Both the position numbers and the translations under genes were made by a program. From positions 61,504-125,503 of the IMG/VR virus record IMGVR_UViG_3300032237_000809: 64,000 nt of DNA. The stretch is one strand, 5' to 3'. Origin of the DNA: a virus (taxonomy: Duplodnaviria > Caudoviricetes). This document shows, one piece after another, positions 1-10,148 of this stretch. The notes under the pieces were generated by a model that was not told the origin of the DNA, searched no databases, and worked only from the letters and a program-made list of their open reading frames with translations. Position 1 is the first letter of the stretch, and each line of letters starts with the position of its first letter.

Positions 1-2
1 GA

Positions 3-722
3 ACACTAGAAAAACAGATGTTGAATATCTATCGTATTGCCAGATATTTTGGTGATAGGAATTATTCTCCGTATAGCATTCCGATTGGTTGGACCCTTTC
101 CGGAACACCTTTGAATGAAACTTTGGTTGCTCTTCATGAAATTCTTCCTATCTTTCAAAGGAACAATAAAGCTCAAAAAGTTCAGTGTGTAATTCTCACA
201 GATGGTGATGCACCACATTTGAAATATCACAAACAATTTAATAATCGAACGTATGGTGGGGATAGTATCCCATATCTGGGTATTGGATCTCTTGGTCAAA
301 ATTCTTATTTGCGTGATCGTAAGACTGGATATACATATTCTCTGAATTGTGGATATAAGGATTTTTCAAATCTTCTTCTTCGCAATCTTCGGGATAAATT
401 TCCATCCGTTAATTTTATTGGTATGAGAATTATAGAATCTCATGATTGTAGTAATTTTATTCGTCATTATACTGGATATAATTATGATTCTGATTATGGA
501 AAAATTATGAGTCAATGGAAAAAAGAAAAATCTTTTTCTATTAAAAATTCTGGATACCATACTTATTTTGGTATTTCTGCAAGTTCTCTTTCAAGTATTG
601 CAGAATTTCAAGTTATTGAAGATGCTACAAAATCTCAAATTAAAAATGCTTTTATGAAAAGTTTAAAGAGTAAAAAAATGAATAAAAAAGTTCTCAATGA
701 ATTTATTGATTTAATTGTTTAA
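3..722 (+). CDS. C-terminal part of CobT-like vWA-domain protein (5' end outside window)
   Basis: Frame open from window start; MIDAS-like GTPL and ILTDG motifs; lies upstream of cobS as in T4-like cyanophages. Confidence 0.7.
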   Translation, partial: TLEKQMLNIYRIARYFGDRNYSPYSIPIGWTLSGTPLNETLVALHEILPIFQRNNKAQKVQCVILTDGDAPHLKYHKQFNNRTYGGDSIPYLGIGSLGQNSYLRDRKTGYTYSLNCGYKDFSNLLLRNLRDKFPSVNFIGMRIIESHDCSNFIRHYTGYNYDSDYGKIMSQWKKEKSFSIKNSGYHTYFGISASSLSSIAEFQVIEDATKSQIKNAFMKSLKSKKMNKKVLNEFIDLIV

Positions 723-724
723 TT

Positions 725-732
725 TATAAATA
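725..732 (+). promoter_or_regulatory. T4-type late promoter
   Basis: TATAAATA ~30 nt upstream of ATG 762. Confidence 0.75.
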
Positions 733-761
733 AGAATAGTAAAAGTAAAGTAAATAAGAAA

Positions 762-1844
762 ATGAACTCTGAACAAATTAAAGATCTTCATCTACTCTAT
801 ACCGCAGTCTATGATGAAGATCTCAGAAAACAGTTTGATGAATATAACAATACCATCTATGACGAAGATATTGTAGAAGTTGCCACAGAGTACTTCTATG
901 CATATGGTCTGAATGATGATGGTATTGATATTCTGATTGAAAACATTGGTCTCGATTCTTTTGTGGAATTTGTTTATGATTTATCAGAAGATCTTTATGA
1001 TCTTACGGAAGCAAGAGCAGCAAGAAAAGCAAGGCCTGGTGGCAAAACTATTGAGCAAGTAAAAGCAGATATTGACGCCAAAGAAAAAAAAGCAGCAGCA
1101 AAGAAGGAAGCAAAGAAAAAAGTTACTACAGCAGCTACTGAGAAAACAGAAACAGAGAGAGTAAAACCAGAAACTCGTGGTCCTGAGAGTCAGGCAAAAG
1201 CACAACAACCAAAGGGAAAAAAACCTGTAAGAGATGCCATAGCAAGAACCATTCTTCAAGGTATTGAGCGTCATAATAAGGCAACAGCGACTGCAGGGCG
1301 CCTTGCTGGTGAAACTGGAGCAACTCTTGGTAGAATCGGTTCACTCGCTGCAGAGGCAGGTAGAAGGGCAGGTGAGCATATTAAAAAGCATGGATTGAAA
1401 TCTCTTGCACATGAAGAAGTTGAACTTTTGGCGAATCAACTTATTGAGGAAGGTTATGATCTGAGTGATTATACTTGGGATGATATGATTGAGATTTATG
1501 AAAAAACTGAGTCTAAGTATAAACCAAAAACCAAAGAAGAACTTGCAAGATATGTCTCTGCTCTTGATAGACTGCATCGTATGGCTACAGAAGTACGTGG
1601 ACCAGAACCATCATCAACTCCAGAGAAAAAAAGAAAACCAAAAACGGATATGAGAAATGTCCAAGTTCATGAAGATCTTTATGATGTAATTCTCTCACAT
1701 CTTATCGATGAAGGTTATGCTGATTCTGTAGAACGGGCAGAAGTTATTATGGTGAATATGAGTGAAGAGTGGAGAGATGGAATTCTTGATGAAGCAAATA
1801 GAGCAGACGATCATGTAACATCGAGTATGTATATGAGTAGTTAA
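762..1844 (+). CDS. Late modular protein, family member 1 (probable internal head protein)
   Basis: Shares EEGYDLxDYxW and HLIDEGYA...NMSEEWRD modules with ORFs 17774, 30838/30917 and 32318; Lys/Ala/Arg-rich middle. Confidence 0.7.
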   Translation: MNSEQIKDLHLLYTAVYDEDLRKQFDEYNNTIYDEDIVEVATEYFYAYGLNDDGIDILIENIGLDSFVEFVYDLSEDLYDLTEARAARKARPGGKTIEQVKADIDAKEKKAAAKKEAKKKVTTAATEKTETERVKPETRGPESQAKAQQPKGKKPVRDAIARTILQGIERHNKATATAGRLAGETGATLGRIGSLAAEAGRRAGEHIKKHGLKSLAHEEVELLANQLIEEGYDLSDYTWDDMIEIYEKTESKYKPKTKEELARYVSALDRLHRMATEVRGPEPSSTPEKKRKPKTDMRNVQVHEDLYDVILSHLIDEGYADSVERAEVIMVNMSEEWRDGILDEANRADDHVTSSMYMSS

Positions 1845-2005
1845 CCATCTACCACAAATGCAAAAAAAATATCGTAGGCAAGGTAGAGACTTTAAGGGAG
1901 TTTTGCATCGTGATGATTGGGAAACCCAAGGAGAACCAATAAGACAAAAGGCACATAAAGATAGAAGAGGTGTAAAATCATAAAACCACTTTCCAAACCG
2001 TCACA

Positions 2006-2030
2006 AGGGGCACTTACCTGCCCCTTTTTT
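2006..2030 (+). terminator. Rho-independent terminator overlapping the cobS promoter
   Basis: AGGGGCA-6nt-TGCCCCT followed by T-run; TATAAT at 2036-2041. Confidence 0.65.
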
Positions 2031-2075
2031 GTGTGTATAATAAGAGAGTTCAAATGAAACACACCTAACTACATT

Positions 2076-3215
2076 ATGTCTCGTAAAAATTCTGTGACCG
2101 ACGATCAACTGTTTACTGAACTCAAAGAACTGTTTGGTTCTGAATTTAGTGCTGGTGATATCCGTGGATATTGTGCTTTTAACAATCTTAATTATCAGAC
2201 CGTGACTCGCCGTCTGGAACCATTTAAAACTGATCGTGGTCGTTGGAATCTTGAAGTGACTCAAGAAAAAATTGACCAAATTGAGCATACCTTCCAATCC
2301 CCCGCCGCTCTTCCAAGTCTTCCAGTTGTGCAACAAAATCTTATTCCTGAAAAAGACAATACTTTTGTTAAATTTGGAAATTTTAACGATATTAAAAAAA
2401 TTATCTCTTCAAATCTTTTTTATCCGACGTTTATTACTGGTCTTTCTGGCAACGGAAAAACTTTCGGTATTGAGCAGGCATGTGCTCAACTGAAACGTGA
2501 AATGATCCGTGTCAATATTACAATTGAGACTGATGAAGACGATTTGATTGGTGGGTTCCGTCTTGTTAATGGTGAAACTGCCTGGCATAATGGTCCAGTC
2601 ATCGAAGCACTTCAACGTGGTGCAATTCTTCTTCTCGATGAGATTGATCTTGCATCGAATAAAATCATGTGTCTTCAATCCGTTCTTGAAGGTAAAGGAG
2701 TCTTTCTCAAAAAAATTGGTAAGTTTGTAAATCCTACTGAAGGATTCAACATTTTTGCCACTGCAAATACTAAAGGTAAGGGTTCTGATGATGGTCGCTT
2801 CATCGGCACCAACGTGCTCAATGAAGCGTTCCTGGAGAGGTTCCCAGTGACCTTTGAGCAGTCTTATCCTGCTCCTTCCACCGAACAGAAGATCCTTGAA
2901 GGCATTGCTCTGGACCTTGGTGTGGAAGATCGTGATTTCTGCAAGCGTCTGGTTGATTGGGGTGATGTGATTCGCAAGACCTTCTACGATGGTGGTATTG
3001 AAGAAATCATCAGCACCCGTCGTCTGGTTCATATCATTCGTGCCTACAGCATTTTTAATGACAAGGCAAAGGCAATTCAAGTTTGTATCAATCGTTTTGA
3101 TGATGAAACTAAGACTGCTTTCCTGGAACTCTATGATAAAATCGACGCTGATTTTGTAATGCCTTCTGAAGGTGAGCAAGTGACTTATAATATTGACAAT
3201 ATGCCACAAGTCTGA
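2076..3215 (+). CDS. cobS: CobS / MoxR-like AAA+ ATPase
   Basis: Walker A GLSGNGKT, Walker B LLLDEID, ATANT, NEAFLERF. Confidence 0.9.
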   Translation: MSRKNSVTDDQLFTELKELFGSEFSAGDIRGYCAFNNLNYQTVTRRLEPFKTDRGRWNLEVTQEKIDQIEHTFQSPAALPSLPVVQQNLIPEKDNTFVKFGNFNDIKKIISSNLFYPTFITGLSGNGKTFGIEQACAQLKREMIRVNITIETDEDDLIGGFRLVNGETAWHNGPVIEALQRGAILLLDEIDLASNKIMCLQSVLEGKGVFLKKIGKFVNPTEGFNIFATANTKGKGSDDGRFIGTNVLNEAFLERFPVTFEQSYPAPSTEQKILEGIALDLGVEDRDFCKRLVDWGDVIRKTFYDGGIEEIISTRRLVHIIRAYSIFNDKAKAIQVCINRFDDETKTAFLELYDKIDADFVMPSEGEQVTYNIDNMPQV

Positions 3216-3257
3216 TATGATAGGGGGAGGTAAACTATAATTTCCTTCCCCTTTACT

Positions 3258-3659
3258 ATGGAAAATGATCTTCAATTGACGTTAGATTTATTTGAATTTA
3301 CTATGAATAAAAACGAAAATACTGATGTAATTAATTTTACTAAAATTCCTATTAATACTATGAATGAACAAACTAATAAAAACGGATTTTGGAAATACAA
3401 TGAAGAGAAAATCCTGAAACAACTTGAAGAGTATATTGCAGGTACTTATAATCAACACTATGTTGATAGGACTGGTGGTGGTACTGAGCAAACATTGGAT
3501 AAGATTAAGCACAATCGTCGTGAAGGGTTTTGTGCCGGTAATGTGACCAAGTATATTGATCGGTATGATACTAAAGGAACTCCCCGTGCTGATTTGTTCA
3601 AAGTATTGCACTATACTATTCTCTTGATTAATCATCTTAATCTTGTTGAAAACAAATGA
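3258..3659 (+). CDS. Conserved hypothetical phage protein
   Basis: HY...GFCAGNVTKYIDRY...KG...DLFKVLHY pattern; true start may be downstream. Confidence 0.65.
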   Translation: MENDLQLTLDLFEFTMNKNENTDVINFTKIPINTMNEQTNKNGFWKYNEEKILKQLEEYIAGTYNQHYVDRTGGGTEQTLDKIKHNRREGFCAGNVTKYIDRYDTKGTPRADLFKVLHYTILLINHLNLVENK

Positions 3660-4342
3660 AACTGAAACCTAAAATTATGAAACTCTCAGACAATACTTTA
3701 GTTATTCTTAAAAACTTTGCTGGAATTAATAATTCCATTTTGGTAAAAGAAGGTAATCGCCTTCGCACTATTTCCGTAGCAAAAAATATTCTTGCCGAAG
3801 CGGATATTAGTGAAGAGTTTCCTCGTGAATTTGCCATTTATGATCTGAATCAATTTCTGAATGGACTTGGACTTCATCAAGATCCTGATTTGGATTTTGG
3901 TGAAACATCTCATATTACTATCCGTGAAGGTAAGCGTAGAGTAAAGTATTTCTATGCAGATCCTAATGTGATTATTTCTCCTCCTGATAAAGAAATTCAA
4001 CTTCCTTCTAGAGATGTTTGTTTTCATCTGGAAAGTGCTTCTCTTGAAAAACTTGTAAAAGCTGCAGCAGTTTATCAACTTCCGGATTTGTCTGCTGTTG
4101 GTGAAGCAGGTGTAATTCGTCTGGTTGTCCGTGACAAGAAAAACGATACTTCTAATGAATACTCTATTGTAGTTGGTGAAACTGATCAGGAATTCGTTTT
4201 CAATTTTAAAGTTGAAAATATTAAAATTATTCCTGGAGCATACGATGTGGTTGTGTCAAAAAAACTTCTGTCACAGTTCAGCAATAGCAAGTACAATTTG
4301 AAGTATTATATTGCTTTGGAACCTGATTCTACTTTTACTTGA
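3656..4342 (+). CDS. gp45: Sliding clamp
   Basis: MKLSDNT..LKNFAGINNSI, FAIYDLNQFL, C-terminal YYIALEPDS; start may be 3677. Confidence 0.95.
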   Translation: MKLKPKIMKLSDNTLVILKNFAGINNSILVKEGNRLRTISVAKNILAEADISEEFPREFAIYDLNQFLNGLGLHQDPDLDFGETSHITIREGKRRVKYFYADPNVIISPPDKEIQLPSRDVCFHLESASLEKLVKAAAVYQLPDLSAVGEAGVIRLVVRDKKNDTSNEYSIVVGETDQEFVFNFKVENIKIIPGAYDVVVSKKLLSQFSNSKYNLKYYIALEPDSTFT

Positions 4343-4767
4343 TGATATTTCCTTATTATTTGACACCTGAAGGAACAGAAATTCTACAATTAATTGTAAA
4401 AGCGCATTTTAAGATACAAGAAAATATTTCTTGGTGCTCCAATAAAGGTTATGCCGGAGCAATTATACGAGATAGTAAAACTTTCTTTATTTGTACAAAA
4501 AATATTTTTAAAGAAGATAACCCAAATAGTTTTTTAAATGAAACTGTTTATCACGAAGCAGTTCACGCAGCTCAAATATGTAAAGGTATGAAACCAATTG
4601 GGATTCCAATTGATGAAATGCCATTATCTTCAAATAAAATGGAAAATATCAATAAATCTATTGCTCTAACAAAAGATAAATCTACAAGAAGATTGGAGCA
4701 TGAAGCATATTGGTTAGAAGATAAACCAAAAGAAACTATTAAGTACCTTCGCAAATTTTGCTTTTAA
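4339..4767 (+). CDS. Putative zinc metallopeptidase-like protein
   Basis: HEAVH (HExxH) and downstream EHEA. Confidence 0.55.
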   Translation: MMIFPYYLTPEGTEILQLIVKAHFKIQENISWCSNKGYAGAIIRDSKTFFICTKNIFKEDNPNSFLNETVYHEAVHAAQICKGMKPIGIPIDEMPLSSNKMENINKSIALTKDKSTRRLEHEAYWLEDKPKETIKYLRKFCF

Positions 4768-4831
4768 TTATAAATATTTACGTTTGTAAGTATTCTTTTT
4801 ATAAATAGTTATGTAGTCAGAAGACAATCAA

Positions 4832-5413
4832 ATGTATTGTTTGGAATGCAATTTCACTCTTGGAAAAAGACAAAAAAAATTCTGTTCTCGCAAATGTATG
4901 AACGTATACAATGCAAGAGAATTTGGTATGAAAAATCGAGAGGAAAATCCAAATAGGTACAAAATTTGTAAAGAATGTAATCAATCTTTAAATCTTAATA
5001 AGTTTAGTTTAATTGAAAAATGGAATCCAAATTCTGACACTAAAAATACTTGCAAAAAATGTTCCATAAAAATAAAACAAACTGAAAAATTAAACAGAGA
5101 TTGGAAAGTTGATGCTGCCAAACTCCTTTATAAAAATATCAAATCACGATGCAAAAGAATAGGAAGAGAATTCTCTATTGAGTTAGAAGATATTATCATT
5201 CCAGAAAAATGTCCTGTGTTTGGATTTGATTTAAAAAGAGAAGATAGGCAAACTTGGATGTGCGCTCCAAGTGTCGATAGAATAGACAGTTCCAAAGGGT
5301 ATATAAAGGGAAATGTTACAGTTGTCAGCAGAAGAGCAAACATCCTTAAAAAAGATGCTACATTAGAAGAGTTAGAACAATTATTTAATTATTACAAAAC
5401 TTTGAGGAACTAA
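4832..5413 (+). CDS. Free-standing HNH-type homing endonuclease with Zn fingers
   Basis: CxxC pairs; CPVFG...PSVDRIDSSKGYIKGNV...RAN..K; TATAAATA at 4800-4807. Confidence 0.8.
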   Translation: MYCLECNFTLGKRQKKFCSRKCMNVYNAREFGMKNREENPNRYKICKECNQSLNLNKFSLIEKWNPNSDTKNTCKKCSIKIKQTEKLNRDWKVDAAKLLYKNIKSRCKRIGREFSIELEDIIIPEKCPVFGFDLKREDRQTWMCAPSVDRIDSSKGYIKGNVTVVSRRANILKKDATLEELEQLFNYYKTLRN

Positions 5414-5415
5414 CT

Positions 5416-5925
5416 TTGAATATATTCGCAACATCGCCGTGGCCTGCTGAAAGTGCAATTGTACTTCCTGACCGTCACGTAACAAAAATGTCTTTAGAGG
5501 CATGTCAAATGCTGTCCATCGTTGCCTCCAAGTGGTATCATGGGTATGGAACCCTCCCTAAGGCAGATGGATCCACCTATAGCACCGAGAAGGGTGCTTT
5601 CCGTAATCATCCATGTACCAAGTGGGCAGCAGAATCCATTCATAATGCTTACTGGTTGATCAAACATGGAATGAACCTCTGTGATGAATATACGGTTCGT
5701 TATAGTAAGGTTCATTCATGCTATAATACTCTTCTGTCTGCTTACTATCTTTTTCCTAAAGGAAAAATTACTGAAGTAACAGATTTTGTTCGTGCTATGC
5801 CAGATGAATATAAACTTGACGAAAGCATTGACACTTTTACTGCTTACAAGATGTATATTGCATCCAAACCTTGGGTTGCATCTAATTATCTTCGTATGCC
5901 AGAACGCAAACCTGAATGGATCTAA
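5416..5925 (+). CDS. Pyrimidine-dimer DNA glycosylase / endonuclease V-like protein
   Basis: MNIF...DRHVTKM.LE..QML, NHPCTKW, EYTVRYSKVH; TTG start. Confidence 0.75.
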   Translation: MNIFATSPWPAESAIVLPDRHVTKMSLEACQMLSIVASKWYHGYGTLPKADGSTYSTEKGAFRNHPCTKWAAESIHNAYWLIKHGMNLCDEYTVRYSKVHSCYNTLLSAYYLFPKGKITEVTDFVRAMPDEYKLDESIDTFTAYKMYIASKPWVASNYLRMPERKPEWI

Positions 5926-5928
5926 ATT

Positions 5929-6873
5929 ATGACAAGTGATTTTATTTGGACAGAACGATATCGTCCAAGAACTATTGAAGATTGTATCCTTCCAGAGGAT
6001 ATTAAAAGAACATTTAGTGATTTTCTAAATAAAGGTGAAATTTCAAATATGCTTCTTTGTGGTCCTCCTGGTGTTGGAAAGACTACAGTTGCAAAGGCAT
6101 TATGTAATGAATTGGGAGTAGATGTTTATGTCATTAACGGATCCGACGAGGGTAGATTCCTTGATACTGTCAGAAACAATGCGAAAAACTTCGCTTCGAC
6201 CGTCTCACTTTCGTCAGATGCTAAACATAAAGTCATCATCATTGATGAAGCAGATAACACGGGAAACGACGTTCAACTCCTCTTACGGGCGTTTATTGAG
6301 GAATTTGCTGGTAACTGCAGATTCATCTTTACCTGCAACTACAAGAACAAAATCATCGAACCACTCCACTCCAGATGTGCGGTTATCGAGTTTGGAATCA
6401 ATGGAAAAGACAAACCAAAACTCGCGTCAAGATTCTTTAAGCGAGTATGCGAAATCTTGGTTAAAGAGAACATTAGATTCGATGAAAAAGTAATTGCTGA
6501 ATTGGTCAATAAGCATTTTCCCGACTGGAGAAGAGTTCTCAATGAATGTCAAAGATATTCTGTCAGTGGAGAAATAGATAGTGGAATTCTTGCTTGTTTT
6601 TCTGATGTTGTAGTAAATAATCTTATTATTCATCTTAAAGATAAAAATTTTTCCGAAGTTAGAAAATGGGTAGTATCAAATTTGGATAATGATTCTTCTG
6701 TCATTCTCCGTAGAATTTATGAAGCATGTTACAGTTGTCTTTCACCTCAAACTATTCCTGCTGCAGTTTTGATTATTGCTAAGTATCAATATCAAATTGC
6801 ATTTGTTGCTGATCAAGAAATTAATCTGTTAGCAGCATTGACTGAAATTATGTGTGAGTGTGAGTTTTTATGA
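5929..6873 (+). CDS. gp44: Clamp loader large subunit
   Basis: WTERYRP, GPPGVGKTT, IIIDEAD, SRC motif. Confidence 0.95.
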   Translation: MTSDFIWTERYRPRTIEDCILPEDIKRTFSDFLNKGEISNMLLCGPPGVGKTTVAKALCNELGVDVYVINGSDEGRFLDTVRNNAKNFASTVSLSSDAKHKVIIIDEADNTGNDVQLLLRAFIEEFAGNCRFIFTCNYKNKIIEPLHSRCAVIEFGINGKDKPKLASRFFKRVCEILVKENIRFDEKVIAELVNKHFPDWRRVLNECQRYSVSGEIDSGILACFSDVVVNNLIIHLKDKNFSEVRKWVVSNLDNDSSVILRRIYEACYSCLSPQTIPAAVLIIAKYQYQIAFVADQEINLLAALTEIMCECEFL

Positions 6874-7079
6874 ATTTTTATGAAATACATTATAACTTTT
6901 TAAGAGAACCAAGAGTTAAATCCAATCCAGAAAATGTAAGAGAAGCAAATGAAGGACTTTTTCGTGCTAAAATGACGCTTCCTGCCGCAGCGAAACACTG
7001 TGGTATGACTCAAAAAGAAATGAAACTTATCTTTTGGGAATTTTTAAAATATAATAATCCTGATTATGAAGAGAATTGA
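6870..7079 (+). CDS. Hypothetical cyanophage protein
   Basis: Overlaps gp44 stop; possible HTH (LPAAAKHCGMT). Confidence 0.6.
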   Translation: MNFYEIHYNFLREPRVKSNPENVREANEGLFRAKMTLPAAAKHCGMTQKEMKLIFWEFLKYNNPDYEEN

Positions 7080-7653
7080 AGTAGTTACAAATGAATCACG
7101 TTTAGAAGTTTATTGTTATAGAACTTTTCTTGATTTTGAAAATTTAAAAGTTCTTGATTTGTGGGAAAAAAATAGAAATAATACGGATGTAGTTCGATCA
7201 ATTACAAGACCTTTTTATGACCTAGTTCATTCTTTATCAGTTCCTTCAGGATTTATTACCGAAAGAGCATTAGAAAAAAAGCGAATGGATAATACATGGG
7301 TAATATGTAAAGATCATTGCTATTCTCCACAATTCATTTATCAAATGCTTATGGATAAGCATGAATTGTATATAAATGATTATGATAAGTATTTTAAAAT
7401 ATTTAAAGTTGCCTGTACTACAATTGATATTTTGTCTGAACAGAATAAAAGTTTGTCGCTGTTGACTTCCAATAGAAAGGGTAAATATAAAGTTTATGTT
7501 CCAACCGATAAAAAATATCAATATTTGGACATCAAACTTGTATCAAGAAATTATGGAAGGCAATGGTATAATAAACCAATAAATCCTGTTGATAATTATA
7601 TCGTAACTCCACAGGAACTTTTGGATTATGAAAAAGGATTTTTGGTAAATTAA
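7066..7653 (+). CDS. Hypothetical protein
   Basis: 195-aa ORF in operon; weak DH...N pattern only. Confidence 0.55.
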   Translation: MKRIEVVTNESRLEVYCYRTFLDFENLKVLDLWEKNRNNTDVVRSITRPFYDLVHSLSVPSGFITERALEKKRMDNTWVICKDHCYSPQFIYQMLMDKHELYINDYDKYFKIFKVACTTIDILSEQNKSLSLLTSNRKGKYKVYVPTDKKYQYLDIKLVSRNYGRQWYNKPINPVDNYIVTPQELLDYEKGFLVN

Positions 7654-7654
7654 T

Positions 7655-8713
7655 ATGTTATCTATTGAAAATGCAGTTTGGGCAGCAGACCAATTTATAC
7701 AATATTATTCTAAGTTTAATCGTATAGATGATTATCTTAGATATGTCAAACAGAGTAGAATGGGAAATGCTTCTGGTAAATTATTTGGTCCAGAGGATGA
7801 TATTTTTTCAAACTTTGATATTCATCCTAGGGATATGTCATTTTCAATTCATATCGTAGATACTAATCCAAAAACAACATCAAAATATAATCAAGATCTT
7901 TATTCTGAAATTTTAACCGATACTGCTTCAAATCCTATTGAGGAGGCAATTCCTGGTAGAACGTTGAAATGGATTGTAACTGAAGATACCTCAAATAAAA
8001 TAATTGGAGTAGTTCGATTTGGATCTCCAACTATAAATTCAAAACCAAGAAATGATTATTTTGGAGAAGTTATTTCACTTTCCCGAATTAATAGTGAATT
8101 TGTAATGGGATTTAATATTGTCCCCGTTCAACCTTTTGGTTACAATTATCTTGGTGGAAAACTCTTAGCTCTTTTAGCATCTTCTAATGAATTCAAGCGA
8201 CAATTTGATGGAAAATATGGAGTTAATCTTCAATACTTTGAAACAACTTCATTATACGGTACAACGAAAGGGGTATCCATGTATGATGGCCTTAAACCTT
8301 ATATTCGACACATAGGAGATACTGAAAGTAATTTCCTTCCACTCTTTCATGATGACTATTTTAAAGAGATGTTCTGGTGGTTTAATAATACTGCTAATGG
8401 TGGGGAAAGACTCATTTCAGCAGATAAATCATCAAAAAAATTAAAGATTCAAACTAAGATGATTTCCATCATCAAAAATTCTTTGAAGAATCATTCAAAG
8501 TTGGATGAATTTAATTCATGTATTGAACATGCAAAAACATTGACAGAAAAAAAGAGATATTATCTTTCTAAATTTGGATATGAACCTGAAGAAGTTATTC
8601 AGTGGTGGAAAAATAAAGCATCCAAAAGATATGAAAAACTTAAATCTGATGGTCGTTTAAGAACGGAACTTGAACTGTGGAAACATGATAATGATTTGGA
8701 GATTATTCGATGA
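7655..8713 (+). CDS. DUF4338 (DruA-like) domain protein
   Basis: PGR...IIG...GSP....PR, PFGYNYLGGKLLALL, ETTSLYG motifs. Confidence 0.65.
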   Translation: MLSIENAVWAADQFIQYYSKFNRIDDYLRYVKQSRMGNASGKLFGPEDDIFSNFDIHPRDMSFSIHIVDTNPKTTSKYNQDLYSEILTDTASNPIEEAIPGRTLKWIVTEDTSNKIIGVVRFGSPTINSKPRNDYFGEVISLSRINSEFVMGFNIVPVQPFGYNYLGGKLLALLASSNEFKRQFDGKYGVNLQYFETTSLYGTTKGVSMYDGLKPYIRHIGDTESNFLPLFHDDYFKEMFWWFNNTANGGERLISADKSSKKLKIQTKMISIIKNSLKNHSKLDEFNSCIEHAKTLTEKKRYYLSKFGYEPEEVIQWWKNKASKRYEKLKSDGRLRTELELWKHDNDLEIIR

Positions 8714-9096
8714 CTTATGAATTAAAAGATTGGTTAAATTCTATAAATCAAACAAAGAAAAATATTATGGATGAAGATCCTTCATCTGAAAAGGAGTATG
8801 CTCCATACATCATTAATAGGTGCTTTTCAGGACATATTGATTCTTTGATGTTTGCAAATGAAATGAATAAGTATCATTTTCTATCTAAAAAGATGCAATA
8901 TGATTTTTATATAAATATTTTGAGAACTAAGAAGAGATTTTCTCCTTGGCTTCGTAAAGATACGATCAAAGATCTTGATTATGTCAAACGATATTATAAT
9001 TATAGTAATGAAAAGGCAAAACAGGCTTTGAAAATTCTTAGTAAAGAACAATTAGAATTTATTAAATCAAAATTTGAGACTGGAGGAAAAAAATGA
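8710..9096 (+). CDS. gp62: Clamp loader small subunit
   Basis: LNSINQTK, YIINRCFS, ANEMN, KRFSPW; precedes regA. Confidence 0.9.
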   Translation: MTYELKDWLNSINQTKKNIMDEDPSSEKEYAPYIINRCFSGHIDSLMFANEMNKYHFLSKKMQYDFYINILRTKKRFSPWLRKDTIKDLDYVKRYYNYSNEKAKQALKILSKEQLEFIKSKFETGGKK

Positions 9097-9536
9097 GCGT
9101 CGTTCAAGAACCTGTTGTGAATTGGACACCTGACCAAATGGTAGAAGTGATCCTGAATGAACCAGATGACTTTTTGAAAGTTCGTGAGACTTTGACACGT
9201 ATTGGAGTTGCTTCACGCAAGGAAAAGAAAATTTATCAATCTTGCCATATTCTTCACAAACAAGGTAGATACTATCTTGTACACTTTAAAGAATTGTTTG
9301 CTCTTGATGGTAAACATGCTAATCTTACTGTAAATGATGTTCAACGTCGTAATCGTATTGCTCAATTGATTGCAGATTGGGGTCTTGTAGAAATAGTTGA
9401 TGTTTCTAAGATTTCTGATATTGCCCCTCTGAATCAGATTAAAGTTCTTTCTTATAAGGATAAGGGTGATTGGATTTTGGAAACCAAGTACAATATTGGT
9501 GCCAAAAAAAAGCGTACTGAAGAGGAAACCGAATAA
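9093..9536 (+). CDS. regA: Translational repressor RegA
   Basis: DDFLKVRETLTRIG, QSCHILHKQGRYYLVHFKELF. Confidence 0.97.
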   Translation: MSVVQEPVVNWTPDQMVEVILNEPDDFLKVRETLTRIGVASRKEKKIYQSCHILHKQGRYYLVHFKELFALDGKHANLTVNDVQRRNRIAQLIADWGLVEIVDVSKISDIAPLNQIKVLSYKDKGDWILETKYNIGAKKKRTEEETE

Positions 9537-9641
9537 AAAAGTAGAGAGTTCAACACTCTTCATTTTTTATGTTCTTGATATATAATAATGATGTTGCCTT
9601 CGGGGACATCATTAACTTACAGACGCTTTAGGAGGTCTATT

Positions 9642-10148
9642 ATGTTCGGAACAAGTTCGCTTACACTTTCAGTGCCAGAAACTGCAAAGTATCTGACGGA
9701 GATTCAGAGAAATAGTATTGGATTAGATGAGTGGTTCAAAAGGTTTGATACTGCATTTGAGACGCATACTAACTATCCACCATATAATTTAGTTAAAGAA
9801 AGTAGTGTTGATTTTAGGTTAGAAATTGCACTTGCTGGATACAAAAGAGAAGATATTAGAGTATCTACAGAATGGAATAAACTCTATGTAGAATCGGGGA
9901 AAATTCGTAAATCCGATGATGAGTATCTACACCAAGGAGTAGCAAAGAGGGCATTTACTCGCACCTGGACTCTTTCTGATGATGTAGAAATTAAGAATGT
10001 TTGTTTTGAAGATGGATTACTCACTATTAAACTAAATAGAGTTATTCCCGAGCATCAGAAGAGAAAGGTATATGAAATCGTTTCAGAAGTTCGTGCAAGA
10101 GACCAAAACGATTCGCTATCCAATGGCTCAGGTACACACAGTGATTGA
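9642..10148 (+). CDS. hsp20: Small heat-shock protein (Hsp20/IbpA family)
   Basis: NYPPYNL, LEIALAG, F.R.W.L, DGLL; SD AGGAGG before ATG 9642. Confidence 0.9.
   Translation: MFGTSSLTLSVPETAKYLTEIQRNSIGLDEWFKRFDTAFETHTNYPPYNLVKESSVDFRLEIALAGYKREDIRVSTEWNKLYVESGKIRKSDDEYLHQGVAKRAFTRTWTLSDDVEIKNVCFEDGLLTIKLNRVIPEHQKRKVYEIVSEVRARDQNDSLSNGSGTHSD

Noticed and set aside
2409-3275. 288-aa minus-strand ORF
   Set aside because: Antisense shadow of cobS; no motifs
7066-7653. Possible degenerate HNH nuclease
   Set aside because: Only a weak DH...N pattern and no late promoter
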